Part shown: positions 1 to 11,400 of the stretch, in pieces
Numbering within the stretch: the first letter of the stretch is position 1
Layout: every line of letters begins with the position of its first letter
Assembly (NCBI GenBank): GCA_949358305.1
Contig: OX442314.1
Span: 13,330,001 to 13,394,000, forward strand
Length of the DNA stretch: 64,000 bases
Direction of reading: 5' to 3'
Source: Strigamia acuminata
Taxonomy: Eukaryota
The notes under the pieces: generated by a model
Databases searched by the model: none
The model's input: only the letters and a program-made list of their open reading frames with translations
Told to the model about the DNA's origin: nothing
Translations under genes and position numbers: made by a program

Positions 1-1870
1 TATTCATCCATTTTAAAGTAACAATAAATACAGTTCCATTGTTTCGCCCTTTAAAAATTGCAAAGAAATCATTTAAATTAATATGCTGGCCCTTCATCTG
101 CAAGAGTGAACCGTCCAGCCAGACCAGACCTGATGATACAGAAAATTGAGTTGTTATTTTAAGAATTTCCTTCTCAGTTTGTAACATCAAATATAGTTTT
201 CTTTACTTACATAGTGGCATTTGAAAAAAATATTAAATACATAACCGCAAACATATAGGTATAAGGTGCATAAAAAGCAAGTGATAATAAAGTCGAAAGA
301 CATCACTGTCGAAAATATCCTCATCAAGGGTTTTCTTTTCTTTGAAGCCATATAGTATAGTTACATTCATTTTAAATTAGCTGTTAAATCTGAAAATTGA
401 CAATTACTTAACTCCCATACCCCAAAAAAATAGAAAATTAAATTAAATTTACTTGAGAAGTATCATACTCGTGTTTGAACAAATCTTCTAGGCGGACTGT
501 AAGTATAACTAGACATTAATTCATCCGGTTATTGATAACTACGTGTAGTTAAATACTTACTTTATTCGGTTATTTATATATATCGCTAAAACATACAGTG
601 TAAACACAAGGATAACTGCAGGAGTGATATGAAAGAATAGGATATGGAATAAAAAGCGAGCTAGTCTATCAAGCAGTGACTGTTCATATTCATCATGATT
701 CATGAAATAGCATTCTTTGAATTTTCCAAATTTCACGGCGAGAATTTCAAGAATTTCGAGGAGAACTAAAAATGTAAAATCCTTAATTATTTTTTATAAT
801 CTAACTTAGTGACAATAAAAACCATATTTCATTAATTAATATACATGTACTTATTATTAGTGGCGGGATCGCGTAATCACATACAGAAAGAACAGCAAGC
901 AGATGAATGGTAGAATATAATTAAAAAATGAATATTTAACTATCCCGATAATAATAGATTTCAATAGCCCGCTGATAATAGATTTCACTATGAAGAAAAT
1001 TGAAGAAATTATAGAGCTCAAATCATGCTCAACCGGCGGTTCATATGGCGTGTCCATACAGGGATCTGATGAAAGGTTTTAAATTCCAAAATGTATCAAA
1101 TCTGCTTAACTTCATGATTAAAATGTCTGTAAATTAAATGTTGTCATAAAATGTTGTTAAAATTTAAAATGTAAAGCAACGAATAGTCAAAAAATAGAGC
1201 AAGAGGGAGCTGTAAACAATGTGAATAACAATGTCATTATTCTCAACTCATTAATGTATCATATGAATAATTGTCACTTGAAGAGATGTCACATTTTTAT
1301 TATTGGCAGTATAACTTACATTGAAATGAAAAAGAAATGAAATGAATTATGGTCTTCCCTCGCTTCTCGAAATATGGAAATTCGAATCTAACTCTGAATT
1401 ATCACAGGCTTCCTCTTTAATTTTCTTCCAAAGAAAGTCAATTCTCTACCCACTGCATCCAAACATAACAAATATGATTACAATCATATTTCTTTATAGA
1501 AAGAATTGAAGTTTACCTTGTGAAGAAGACTTAAACTTCGACTCAACTTTTCCGCCAACATCTTTATCCGCATCTTCCAATATCGGTTTATTTCCTAACA
1601 CCTAAAAACCAAGTGAGACGTCATTTTTTTTAAATTTGCTGAAACAGAAGGAAAAGATAATGCTCATTAGCCATGAATCATATTTAATACTAAAATTAAT
1701 TACCGGTAACACGAATTCAATTGATGCAGATCGAAATAGACAGATTGAAACTCATTTTGATGAAATGTAATTGTGTAACAGGGTTGATGAGTTTTTTAGC
1801 CCGAGATGTAGTTGCAACACACAAGTCACGAATTAAATTTCTCTATTCATACATTTTTCGTAATGTGGTA
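1..1870. repeat. Segmental duplicate of 6953-7250 plus about 14168-15190 (3' flank of the short J-domain genes); holds the empty site of the LTR element
   Basis: The sequence at 1 (tattcatccattttaaagtaacaataaatac) recurs at 6953. 291-320 agtcgaaagacatcactgtcgaaaatatcc matches the joined flanks 7235-7250 plus 14168-14180. Confidence 0.85.
1340..1870 (-). pseudogene. Degraded fragment of a short J-domain family gene (end of exon 2 plus exon-3 remnant)
   Basis: 1700-1870 aligns with 15003-15190 (IRDLC...TTSRAK...QLHY) with deletions. 1340-1600 aligns with 14660-14905. Similar exon-3 remnants lie at about 3270-3435 and 5860-6070. Confidence 0.75.
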
Positions 1871-3521
1871 AAGAAAAAAAAAATCCTTCCGTTTTCTATT
1901 TTCAGGAAATGTAAAACCACGGGTCGTGGTAACACCATCAGTCAACACCATGACAACTTCTTTTGATTAATTTTACATAACACCGCAATAAATTCATTAT
2001 TTCTTCCATCACCGATCTCAAAGAGTGGTCAAAAAATCTTAATAATTTGAAAAACTAACACTTACCCTTTACGCTCGGTGTATTCGATAAGTTTCTCACA
2101 AAAGTGACCTCTTTTTCTAGAACCGAAGATGCATGCTCGCGGATGCTGAAGACGTGTCCATGTCCATAAGATAGGAGGAGAAGAACGTGGGTAAACAAAG
2201 ATGCAGGTCACCGGTCATTTCTATTCTTGGAGTGTCAATAAACGGATTTTAGCAAGTATGTGACAACTCATTTTGGCAAATTAAAATTAGACGATGACAA
2301 TGTCCTCCAAAACTTCAATTTGACCAGAGGCAAATATCTGCTATTTTTTTCAAGGTCGGCACCCGTTGGTATGGTCCGGTGACCCTTTTCCCAAGACTCA
2401 CTAGAGGATTTAAAACCAATCAGCTGTAGTGCATTTGCCAGACTTGACGTAGCGAGTTTCCTTCAATGGAATGATCATGCCAACTTCTTTCTTCGCATAA
2501 AAAATACATAAAATTATGTGAAAAGAATTATGCACGCACAAAGATATATACAAAAGTAGATGAATTTCTATCGTAACATCTTATCAATATCAGGAAGGAT
2601 CAGGTCAAATTTGTTGATTTTTCATACGGTAATGTTGAAATAATGATGATTCAGAGCATCTTTGGCAGTAATACGAATATATATACTGTACGTATATACG
2701 AATACATAGTCGGATCGTTAACGAAGGTATGAAGTGACTCTATTCTGCTAGATGCCTTTATGGGGGATCGGAGAGGGAGAACAAATATGCAGTTTGCAGG
2801 TCACCTGCATTTGAATGACAATCAAGGGATTATAACAGTCATGTGAGTAAACTCATTCCAAGAAGCAAAATGAGAGATAATAACAGGTCCTCTAAAAAAT
2901 TAAATTTGTCCAGATGAAACAAACGAAATAAACAAAAACAGAAAGTGACTGCCGGTTTTGTCCAAGGCTCATAAGATAATTAAAACCTAATTGACCACCA
3001 AACAAATTGAAATTATTACTGACTGCACTGAGCAGACATAGGCTTCATTAAATGGCTTATTTCTCGAACAAATACCGCGCATTTTTATTTTAAAGATTTT
3101 TTTAAAAAATAGAGCAAGAGGGAGCAATAAACAATGTCATAAACCTCAATCCATTAATATGTGAATAATTAATTGTCAATTGAACAAATCATATTTTTAT
3201 TATTGATTAAAAAAGAATAGAAACTTGAATTTAATTTATCTTAAACAATCCAGTTTGATTGATTTTTAGCTTTCTTCAAGGAAGTCATTTCTATGTCAAC
3301 TGCATCCAAACAAAACAAATATGATTATAATCATCCGAATCTCCATAAGTGAAGTTTACCTTGAGAAGACGACTTAAACTTCGATTTAATGCTTCAATCA
3401 ACTTGTTGTGAGCAACTTCCAATATCGGTTTATCGTGTGACGTCAAGTTTGCAGATTTGCTAAAACAGATTGAAAAGACAACACTTAATTCCGTGAATAA
3501 TTTTTAAATGTCAAAATTAAA

Positions 3522-4862
3522 TTACTGCGAACTTAATTTCTGACTAGCAACACATGCTGATCGAAATAGATCATTTGAAAGTCTAGAAAGATTGAAACTC
3601 CTCTTGATGTAATGTAATTGTGTAACAGGGTGGATGAGTTTCTTAGCCCGAGATGTAGTTGAAATACACAAGTCACGAATTCCATTTCTCAACTGATACA
3701 TTTCTGGTAATGTGACTTGGTTAGTGGCTGAAACCGACTTATCCACTTGGAACAGTTTCATCTCTTGAAACAAGAAAGTTGAAGCCAACATGTAAATCGA
3801 ACAAACCATGGTCGAATCGTGTAAATTCGTACATAAATCAATGTAATGCAAAGCTGCAGCGACATTTCTGCTCTTGCCACTCCGTATCGCTCTATCATAC
3901 GTCAAGGGTGAGCAGCTTTTAAGATGATTGCAATATTCGTAATTAGCGGGAATGAGTACATCGTTGACAGTGACTTCTTCAGCTAAGCTAGCTATCATGG
4001 CTTTGATGTGTTCCGCGTAAAGCAAAGAAGCGACGGCAGAGTGCACTTCATCACTTGGTAACACCATTACGGCATCTTGGAAAGCTTCTAGTGATGCTTT
4101 ATAATTACTTTCACACCCCAAATAATGGCCCTTCAATAAGAGTAGTGCAGCATCAAATCGATGTAGATAAGTTCCCTTTCCGATTTCTTTGAATATGGAT
4201 GTATCCTTCAATATCTCTCTCTCGATTCTCATGCTGTTGTAGAGCTGCTTTATTACACTATTTGTATCTCCATATTCGCGAAGAAGTTTCGATATTTTCT
4301 TTAAATATCCATCTTTATTTTTACAAAACTCATGCATCCAACCGCGTAAAACTTTAACTGTCTGCAAAAATATAATTTGAAATGTACGTATTTGGTATTT
4401 ATGAGCATGATCAAATCTTACCGCATTTTTATTCTGTGTAAAGTAACTGGGCACTCCTGTTTTAGGCTTCGGCTTTCTCAAATCTTCGATTGATAGTTCA
4501 AATAAGTTTTTGTACATTTTGAGATTATCAAAATTGTCAACAAAATTGAAAGTATGGAACTCGTTGATCCATTCGTCGAATCGCTTTTGAAACATTTCCG
4601 ACAGTTTTTCTCCTTTTTTCATTCCCGCGAAAATCGTATCGTTGTTTGCATCGTACTTATAATCGTATTCCGCCCGATTTGCCGGATCGAACAGCGTGAT
4701 TTTAGCTTTGTTTAAATTTTTCATCAACTCTTCACTTCCTCCCTTGTCTGGATGCGCCGTTAACGCCATAATCCGCCATGCGCTCTTAATCTCCGTAAAT
4801 GTGGCGTCGCTTCGAACGCCAAGTAGAGCGTACAAGTCTACATCGTCACTTGTTTCGGACAT
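3522..4862 (-). CDS. Short J-domain (DnaJ) family protein, copy E, about 426 aa; J-domain with intact HPD followed by a helical region
   Basis: ATG at 4862 (MSETSDD). DLYALLGV...AHPDKGG...LNKAKITLFDPANRAEYD is a J-domain. Predicted exons are 4422-4862 and 3522-4361, with a 60-nt in-frame GT-AG intron at the same position as intron 1 of the long paralogs. Confidence 0.75.
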   Translation of the reverse strand: MSETSDDVDLYALLGVRSDATFTEIKSAWRIMALTAHPDKGGSEELMKNLNKAKITLFDPANRAEYDYKYDANNDTIFAGMKKGEKLSEMFQKRFDEWINEFHTFNFVDNFDNLKMYKNLFELSIEDLRKPKPKTGVPSYFTQNKNAVRFDHAHKYQIRTFQIIFLQTVKVLRGWMHEFCKNKDGYLKKISKLLREYGDTNSVIKQLYNSMRIEREILKDTSIFKEIGKGTYLHRFDAALLLLKGHYLGCESNYKASLEAFQDAVMVLPSDEVHSAVASLLYAEHIKAMIASLAEEVTVNDVLIPANYEYCNHLKSCSPLTYDRAIRSGKSRNVAAALHYIDLCTNLHDSTMVCSIYMLASTFLFQEMKLFQVDKSVSATNQVTLPEMYQLRNGIRDLCISTTSRAKKLIHPVTQLHYIKRSFNLSRLSNDLFRSACVASQKLSSQ

Positions 4863-5427
4863 TATATTTTTGCAATCTGAAATGCAAATTATATAATTCA
4901 ATCACTGTACCAATCTGCGTGTAATCAACTTAAGTTCATTTTTTTGAATAAATAAATTACGATTTTATACCGTTTCTTTTTTCCCGAATTGTTATACTAT
5001 TCGTCCGCAAAATGACAACTTCTTTTGATTTCGACTCATTTGTTTTACACAGCACCGCAGATAATTCATTATGTGTAACTTCACCGACCTCAGGCTTTCA
5101 GAGCTGATTGAAAAATCTAAACAATTCGAAAAGTTTCAATTACTTTTTTACTCAAAGTGCAGTCAACCAACTCTATATATTCTACTTACTTACCTTGAAC
5201 CGGAACCAACTCCTCCAAGAAGTGAGTTTTTTCTCCTCCCCGTCCGGTCCCCCGGTCGACGTGTGTGACGTCATACCCATTACCCACTAAGCCGGATACA
5301 TCCACAAGTTGAGACGTGTCCATGAGGAAAGGCGAAGGGGGAACAAAGGTGCAGGTCACTTGAGAGGATTTAAAACCAAACTGACCAGACCACCATACGG
5401 TTTGCCCCTTTTCCTCCCCATATCGCC

Positions 5428-5618
5428 AGAAGGGACTAAGGACAGCATTCCTGTCGCTCTCTCATTGGTTTTGGTTAGGTTAGGTTAGGTTAGGGTAAAA
5501 AGAAAGAAAATGTAATAATTGTATCTGGGCCAACACAGCCACCAGAGTGTGCCGACAACAATCGGATATCTCGGCCACTGGTATGAGAGTGACAGGAATG
5601 CTGTCCTTAGTCGCCTGT
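5428..5618. mobile_element. 191-bp MITE with a 9-bp target-site duplication (Mutator-like) and internal (TTAGG)n
   Basis: catatcgcc at 5419-5427 and 5619-5627. 28-bp inverted repeat gactaaggacagcattcctgtcgctctc at 5434-5461 and 5585-5612 with 1 mismatch. ttaggttaggttaggttaggg near 5475-5495. Confidence 0.75.
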
Positions 5619-7250
5619 CATATCGCCTCCTCCGGCACTGCTGCCTCCATGAGCCACTCCACTGCCAACGGTAAGTCGTAAAATATAATTTAAAAAAATA
5701 TACCGTAATAAAAAAATAAGAGAAAGAGGGAGCAATAAACAATGGGAATAACAATGTCATGATTCTGAATTCGTTATTTGTAATTCGAACAGCATATCGC
5801 ATTTTTATTGTTGACATACGTACGGATACCTATGTTGATTAAAAAAAAAATGAAATAAATTATGGTTTTCCCCCGCTTGTCGCAATGTGAAAACTCGAAT
5901 CCTGACTTATCCTAAATTTATATCACCGTGTTCGTCTTTCTTCCAGTAAGTCATTTCTGTGATTGCAATCATCCGAATTTCTACAATTGAAGCTTACCTT
6001 GAGTAGACGACTTAAATTTCGACTCAATGCTTCAGATTCTTATCCGCATCTTCCAATATCGGTTTATTTCCGAAAAACAAATACCGGTACATCATTTATG
6101 CAGTACGGAAACTGCATCGTGCGCACAATGGCATATACGGCTCCGTGGAAACGTGCAAAATCTGCAAAATGGGCCCCAAGGCGACCGAACGACCGTCATC
6201 AACAACTAACTCCGGTTTATTAAATTTTAAATTAAAATTTCAAAAAAAAACAAAAAAAAAATAACCCGATCAGTCCCGGCGCCAACGAACGTTGAATGTA
6301 CGAATCCAAATGTTTCGTCCAGCCATTTGAAGTGGTAGAAACGGTTAAAACGGCTAAAACGGCGGATGTCCATGAGCAAACTCCAAAGCCAGCTGCTGGT
6401 TGCCTTCTCGTCCTCGCAGTTGCTGACGGCCAACAAAATCAAATCTTTGTTCTGCAGGTTGTACGGGTCCATCAACACATTTAAGTCCGGCTTGTGCGCC
6501 CCTTTGATGCTAAAGTTACATAATGCAATTTATTGTGTTTTAGGCACAGCCTAAAAACAAAAATCCGACTTATTCAGAAACAATCTTCTCGTCTGAAAGT
6601 TTTAAATCACCAAATCACTAATCACCAATTGCTGTCGTTATTTTTTCCCCCACTTTTTTTCGTGCTCTGATCAAAATTCAAACTGATTAAATTTAATAAT
6701 TGTAAAAACAAAACTTTTTACTTTTAACGTATTAAATATTTTAGAATGACTATGAAAATGTAAAAGACAATCATAAATGGGATGATGGATTTAACAAGAA
6801 CGTCAATAACTTGGTCAATGTCTTCTGCGTCAAAAGAACTCTTCTTGATAATTTTTCGATAGATTTTCCGAATGATATTTTTCATTGTCGCCGAAAATTA
6901 GAAACATTGAATCACAATACTGGATGAAAGGATAGGGTTAAGTTGGACTTAATATTCATCCATTTTAAAGTAACAATAAATACACTTTCCATTGTTTCGC
7001 CCTTTAAAAATTGCAAAGAAATCATTTAAATTCGTATGCTGCCTCTTCATCTGCATGAGTGAATCGTCCAGCCAGATCAGACCTGATGATACAGAAATTT
7101 GAGTTGTTATTTTAGAAAATTCGTTCTCAGTTTGTAACATCAAATATAGTTTTCTTCACTTACATAGTGGCATTTGAAAATGTATTAAATATTTAAGCGC
7201 AAACATATGTGCCTTAAAAGCTAGTCATAATAAAGTCGAATGACATCACT

Positions 7251-8410
7251 TGTAATGAGCTCAAATTTCACTATAAAATAATAGTGAAATTTCTTTCTCA
7301 TTGGTGCCGCATCGGGACTTATCAAAATTCTACTAAAACTCAACTCTAAAATCTTAACTGACTAATCAAAGAAGAAATAATCACTAATTAGTTCTTAAAT
7401 AAAGGAAAAAGATTTATTCTTGGCTTGAATAAACTAATAGTAAAATACAATTAAATAATAGGAATTAAAGGTAAAAGTAATAATAATTGAAGGTGAAATG
7501 GCGAAAATAATACAAAATAGCGGCGATGGCTTGTCGCTCGCTCTCGAACTTCGTTCTTCACTCGACGCTCGCTCTCGAACCTCGTTCTTCGCTCGACGCT
7601 CGCTCTCGGACCTCGATACTTGCTCTCGGACCTCAATGCCCGCTCCAAACCTCAAAACGGCGTCTAAACTTCACTCTTTACTCACGATGTTCATTCCTGG
7701 TTAAACCGGACAAATTTCCGAATTCTTGGTGACTTGAACTCGGACACAATTCCGTTTCTTCTCTCTCAAAACTCGCAACAGATTCGGACACAATTCCGAC
7801 TCTTCTTCCTTGATGACTCCGTGGTTGCGGCAAATTCCGCTTTATGTTGACTGGGACAAATTTCCCAATGAGGATTTCTCATCCAAACAATGGCTGCTTG
7901 GCAAGAATGATGATCTCTCCAAACAATGGCTGCTTGGCAAGATGAAAATCCCACTGATGAATATGCTCAATCAGCAAGATAAATTTCCCACTACTGGATG
8001 TACACAGTAGCAAGAACTCCCACAATAACTTTATGTTATTGTAAGAAATGAGTCTCAATACTCAAGAACATCTCAAAACTGCTTTAGCAATTTGCAAGAA
8101 GGAGTCTAAATACTCAGGCAATCTTTCACCAAATCCACTTGAAGAATTGTATTTTCCCAGGGTAGATTTTGTGACTTGTTGCTCTCAAAGTTGATTTCAG
8201 ACTGAAGATTTTTTCTCATTCTCTGCAGGAAGCATTTCCTGTTACAGGAAGCTCATGGGCTGGTTGCCCTGGCAACCACCCTCATGTCTTCAAGTTATGC
8301 CAGACTTCCTGTTCAGGCATAAAAAATAAACTCAAATAAAAATATGAAATATATAAAATATTTCCAGACACATTTCTGTTCTTCATCTAGTGACCACTAG
8401 GGTCACTACA
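7251..8410 (-). repeat. 3' LTR
   Basis: tgtaatgagc...ggtcactaca. Appears identical to 13004-14163 (offset 5753; all small ORF translations in the two copies are identical). Confidence 0.95.
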
Positions 8411-8424
8411 CTTCCCCCCTTTTT
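8411..8424 (-). other. Polypurine tract of the LTR element
   Basis: Minus-strand AAAAAGGGGGGAAG abuts the 3' LTR. An 8-bp stem hairpin gaagttag-ttc-ctaacttc lies at 8427-8445. Confidence 0.9.
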
Positions 8425-8446
8425 AGGAAGTTAGTTCCTAACTTCT

Positions 8447-11400
8447 CTAAATCTCATCATCGATCCTCGAGGCGAAGTCCTTGATGGGGATTTCAGATTC
8501 GGAGACCGAAAACTTCAGTTTGTCTTGGGATTTCGTTGAATCATTCCTTGTCGTAACCGATTGATTCTGTCCAGCAATTGCAGATGGTGTCCCGCTCCCA
8601 GGACTGAAATCCTGCCATCCGCTTCTTCCGGCAGCTTCCTTCAAGTGACCGGTCCAGTTGGCTCGAACAGGCAATTGATTTTCAGTTGTGTGTTCAAATG
8701 ATCTGAAACAGGCATCTTGCAAAACTTTGCCTGAGTCAGCTCGATCATTCTGAGTTTTAACATTCATTTCTGGTGTTGTCGCCACTAATTGTTGTTGCAC
8801 AGCTGATGCGTTTGTTGCTTCAAAATTCAATGGCTTTTTGCTTTCCATTAATGTGATTTTATTCCCTGCAATCTTCTCAATTTCAAGCCACTGCTTCTGG
8901 ATTTCCGGTTGAGTGTTTGGCAAATCTACATGTTGAATTCTGAACTCCTCCAATAAAAAACTTGCAACTGGCTGTTTTCCTTCAGATGTACTCTTAATTG
9001 TAACTGTAGTGGGCACTGTAGCTCTGCTGTCTGAATTGCTACAATCAGATTTTTTAACAGTATCTGAAAAATTAATCTTGGACTTATTTCCAATTGCAAC
9101 TGCACTGACAATATGTTTCTGTAGGTCAGTTGATTCAGTGTAGCTTGCGTAACTAAGCTTCATTGCAGTTTTAACTTCACTGGACTCCATGAAGTGTTGA
9201 TCAACTTGGATTATTTGATTTGGTTGCTTTTCCAATAAATTAATTTTTGAAATGTTTTCAGTTGTGATTGAGCTGGCAGCAAATTTTGGTAACTCAATTG
9301 ATTGAGTGTTGTGTTGCTTCAAGTCAATTCTCTGCAAAGTTTTTTCCAAAATTCTGTTTTCTTTTTCTGTTGGTCGTGGACCTTGTTTTTCAATTTGACC
9401 AATTGATGTTAATACTTGGCAATCTTGATTTTCTGGTCGTCCTTTCAATCCTGTATTTGTATGCTGTTTACTGCAAAGCATCTTGTAATCATCTGTTTGT
9501 AGAGGTTTTTCATTTTCATGTTCACTCCTTGTATCTCCAGATGTTTGGATTGTTTCTACCAGTTTAACTTCAGACCTTTCCTCTAATTGAATCAATTGCT
9601 GTTTAGCTTGGATTCTTTTCTTTGGCAGCTTCTCCACTTTTTCTTTGGTGTCTTGAGTTTCATTTGCCAAATCCAGTCGCTGATAACAATTTTTGATCAA
9701 AATTTTTACTTCCTGTAGGTCCTCAGAAGTTATATTTTCCAGTATGTTCTTCAGAGCCACGATGAAATATTTGGAGGGCCACTCTGAATTCTGCCGACAT
9801 AATTTCGGTGAAAACGTGGAATCTTGTAACATTACATTATCTGTCAGTCGTTTGATCACTTTTCGAAGTTGTTTTCGAACAATTTTCGTTTCTCGAACCA
9901 GACATTTATTTTCTGATTTTCTAGGATTCCTGGATGAATTTTGATTCTTTTTCTCTTTTTCCATCACTCTTCCCCCCTTTTTTGGAAATGGTTGAACTTG
10001 TTCATCAGTTTCAAAATCTACACTTTTTGGAAAAAGCAATGGATTTTCTTCTAAGTTTTCAAAAATCAAATTTTCTGTGTCCGATTCGATAATTTTTTCT
10101 GCAATCTGTGCATCATCTTGGTTCTTCTTATCATCAGAATTTTGTGTATCCTGTAGAGGTTGCGCATTTTTGTGAGCTTGCATTTTGTTCGATTTGGACG
10201 CACTTTGTGTAATTCCTGTATTTTCAACAACCTGTGTGTCTTCTGCATGTCGTGTGTCTTCTGCACTTTGCACACTTTTTTCTTCTTGTTGTCTACCATC
10301 TATGGCTGTTTTTTGGTCATTGAAATTTTCGAAATTGATTGATCTTTGATGGTGACGATCATTTTCGTTTGGCCAGCCTGCCATACATGTGTCAACTTGT
10401 GTTTGGCCAAGTTCTCTGTTTGCTGTGGACATTCTGATGTCATCTGGTTGTTGGAGGTTCTGCTTGTCCATGACATCAAATAACATTTTCTTCTGAGCAG
10501 GTGTTGAGGTTTGGTTATTATCTCTACGATATTTTGTATCGTCATTTCCTCGCTTTACTGCATTTCCTGTTGAATCCGTAATTGACTGTTCAACTTTCGA
10601 CTGATGCATGACACTTGCTGTATTCCTAACTGGTGGACACCGTGAATGTGCCATGTACCGCAGCTCTTGTGGATCTGGTTTTGACTTCTTTGCGTCTTCC
10701 TGAGCTGGTGGAGATGCTTTAGGAAAATTTTCGTTTTCAACATGCAATGATGATTCCATTGTCTTCCCTTCTACGACGAGTGCTTGATTAAAGCTGTCAA
10801 TCTTTTCCATTTTTTCAGAAGGTGTCTTTTTTGCAAAATTAATCGAAAATGTTTTCATTTCTAGAATTAAGCTTTTCCTCGATTCAGACATTGTTTCTGT
10901 TTCTTCACCAGATGTAGATAACCTTTTTAATGCCTTCTTGACTGCATCCATTGCTACTGGCAATGACAATTTTTTGGCAACTTCAGAAAACCTTAAGTCC
11001 ACTGGTGAGTTGTGTCTTTTCCTTGTGGTTACCTCAGCACTGGTCCCATATCTTAAAATTTTCTGGTCATCTCTGGATTGACGTTTCGTCTCTGCAGGAC
11101 TGTCTCTAGTTTCGGTCTGTAAACGGCGACGTACTTCTTGTAATTTAAGTCGGGTTGGCGAGCGTACTGCTGATAATGCCGTGCTGTCAACTGATTTTCT
11201 GGTCGAAGTCTTCTTATCCGCCTTTATTAAACAACCTCTTTCTTCGGTTATTTTGATTGGTTCTTCGAACAACAATTTCGTGAGATCGCTTTTGCTTCGT
11301 GGAATGGATTTTACATTTTCAGATAATGAACGTACTGGAGATGTGGTGCGCGATACGTAATGTCTTCGTGATTGTACTTTGTTGGCTTCGAATTTATTTT

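Noticed and set aside
4863..4901. ORF-track N-terminal extension MNYIICISDCKNI in copies E and D
   Set aside because: It starts at a non-ATG codon and looks like an intron 3' end (ttgcatttcag); the ATG at MSETSDD aligns with the paralog starts.
6090..6560. GC-richer island starting gcgcacaatgg (Transib-like CACAATG end) with several short ORFs
   Set aside because: No matching second terminus, TSD or recognisable transposase motif was found; probably a TE fragment, but it cannot be classified.
7434..8010. Small ORFs duplicated at 13187-13763
   Set aside because: They lie within the LTRs, in overlapping frames over simple internal repeats; there is no coding evidence.
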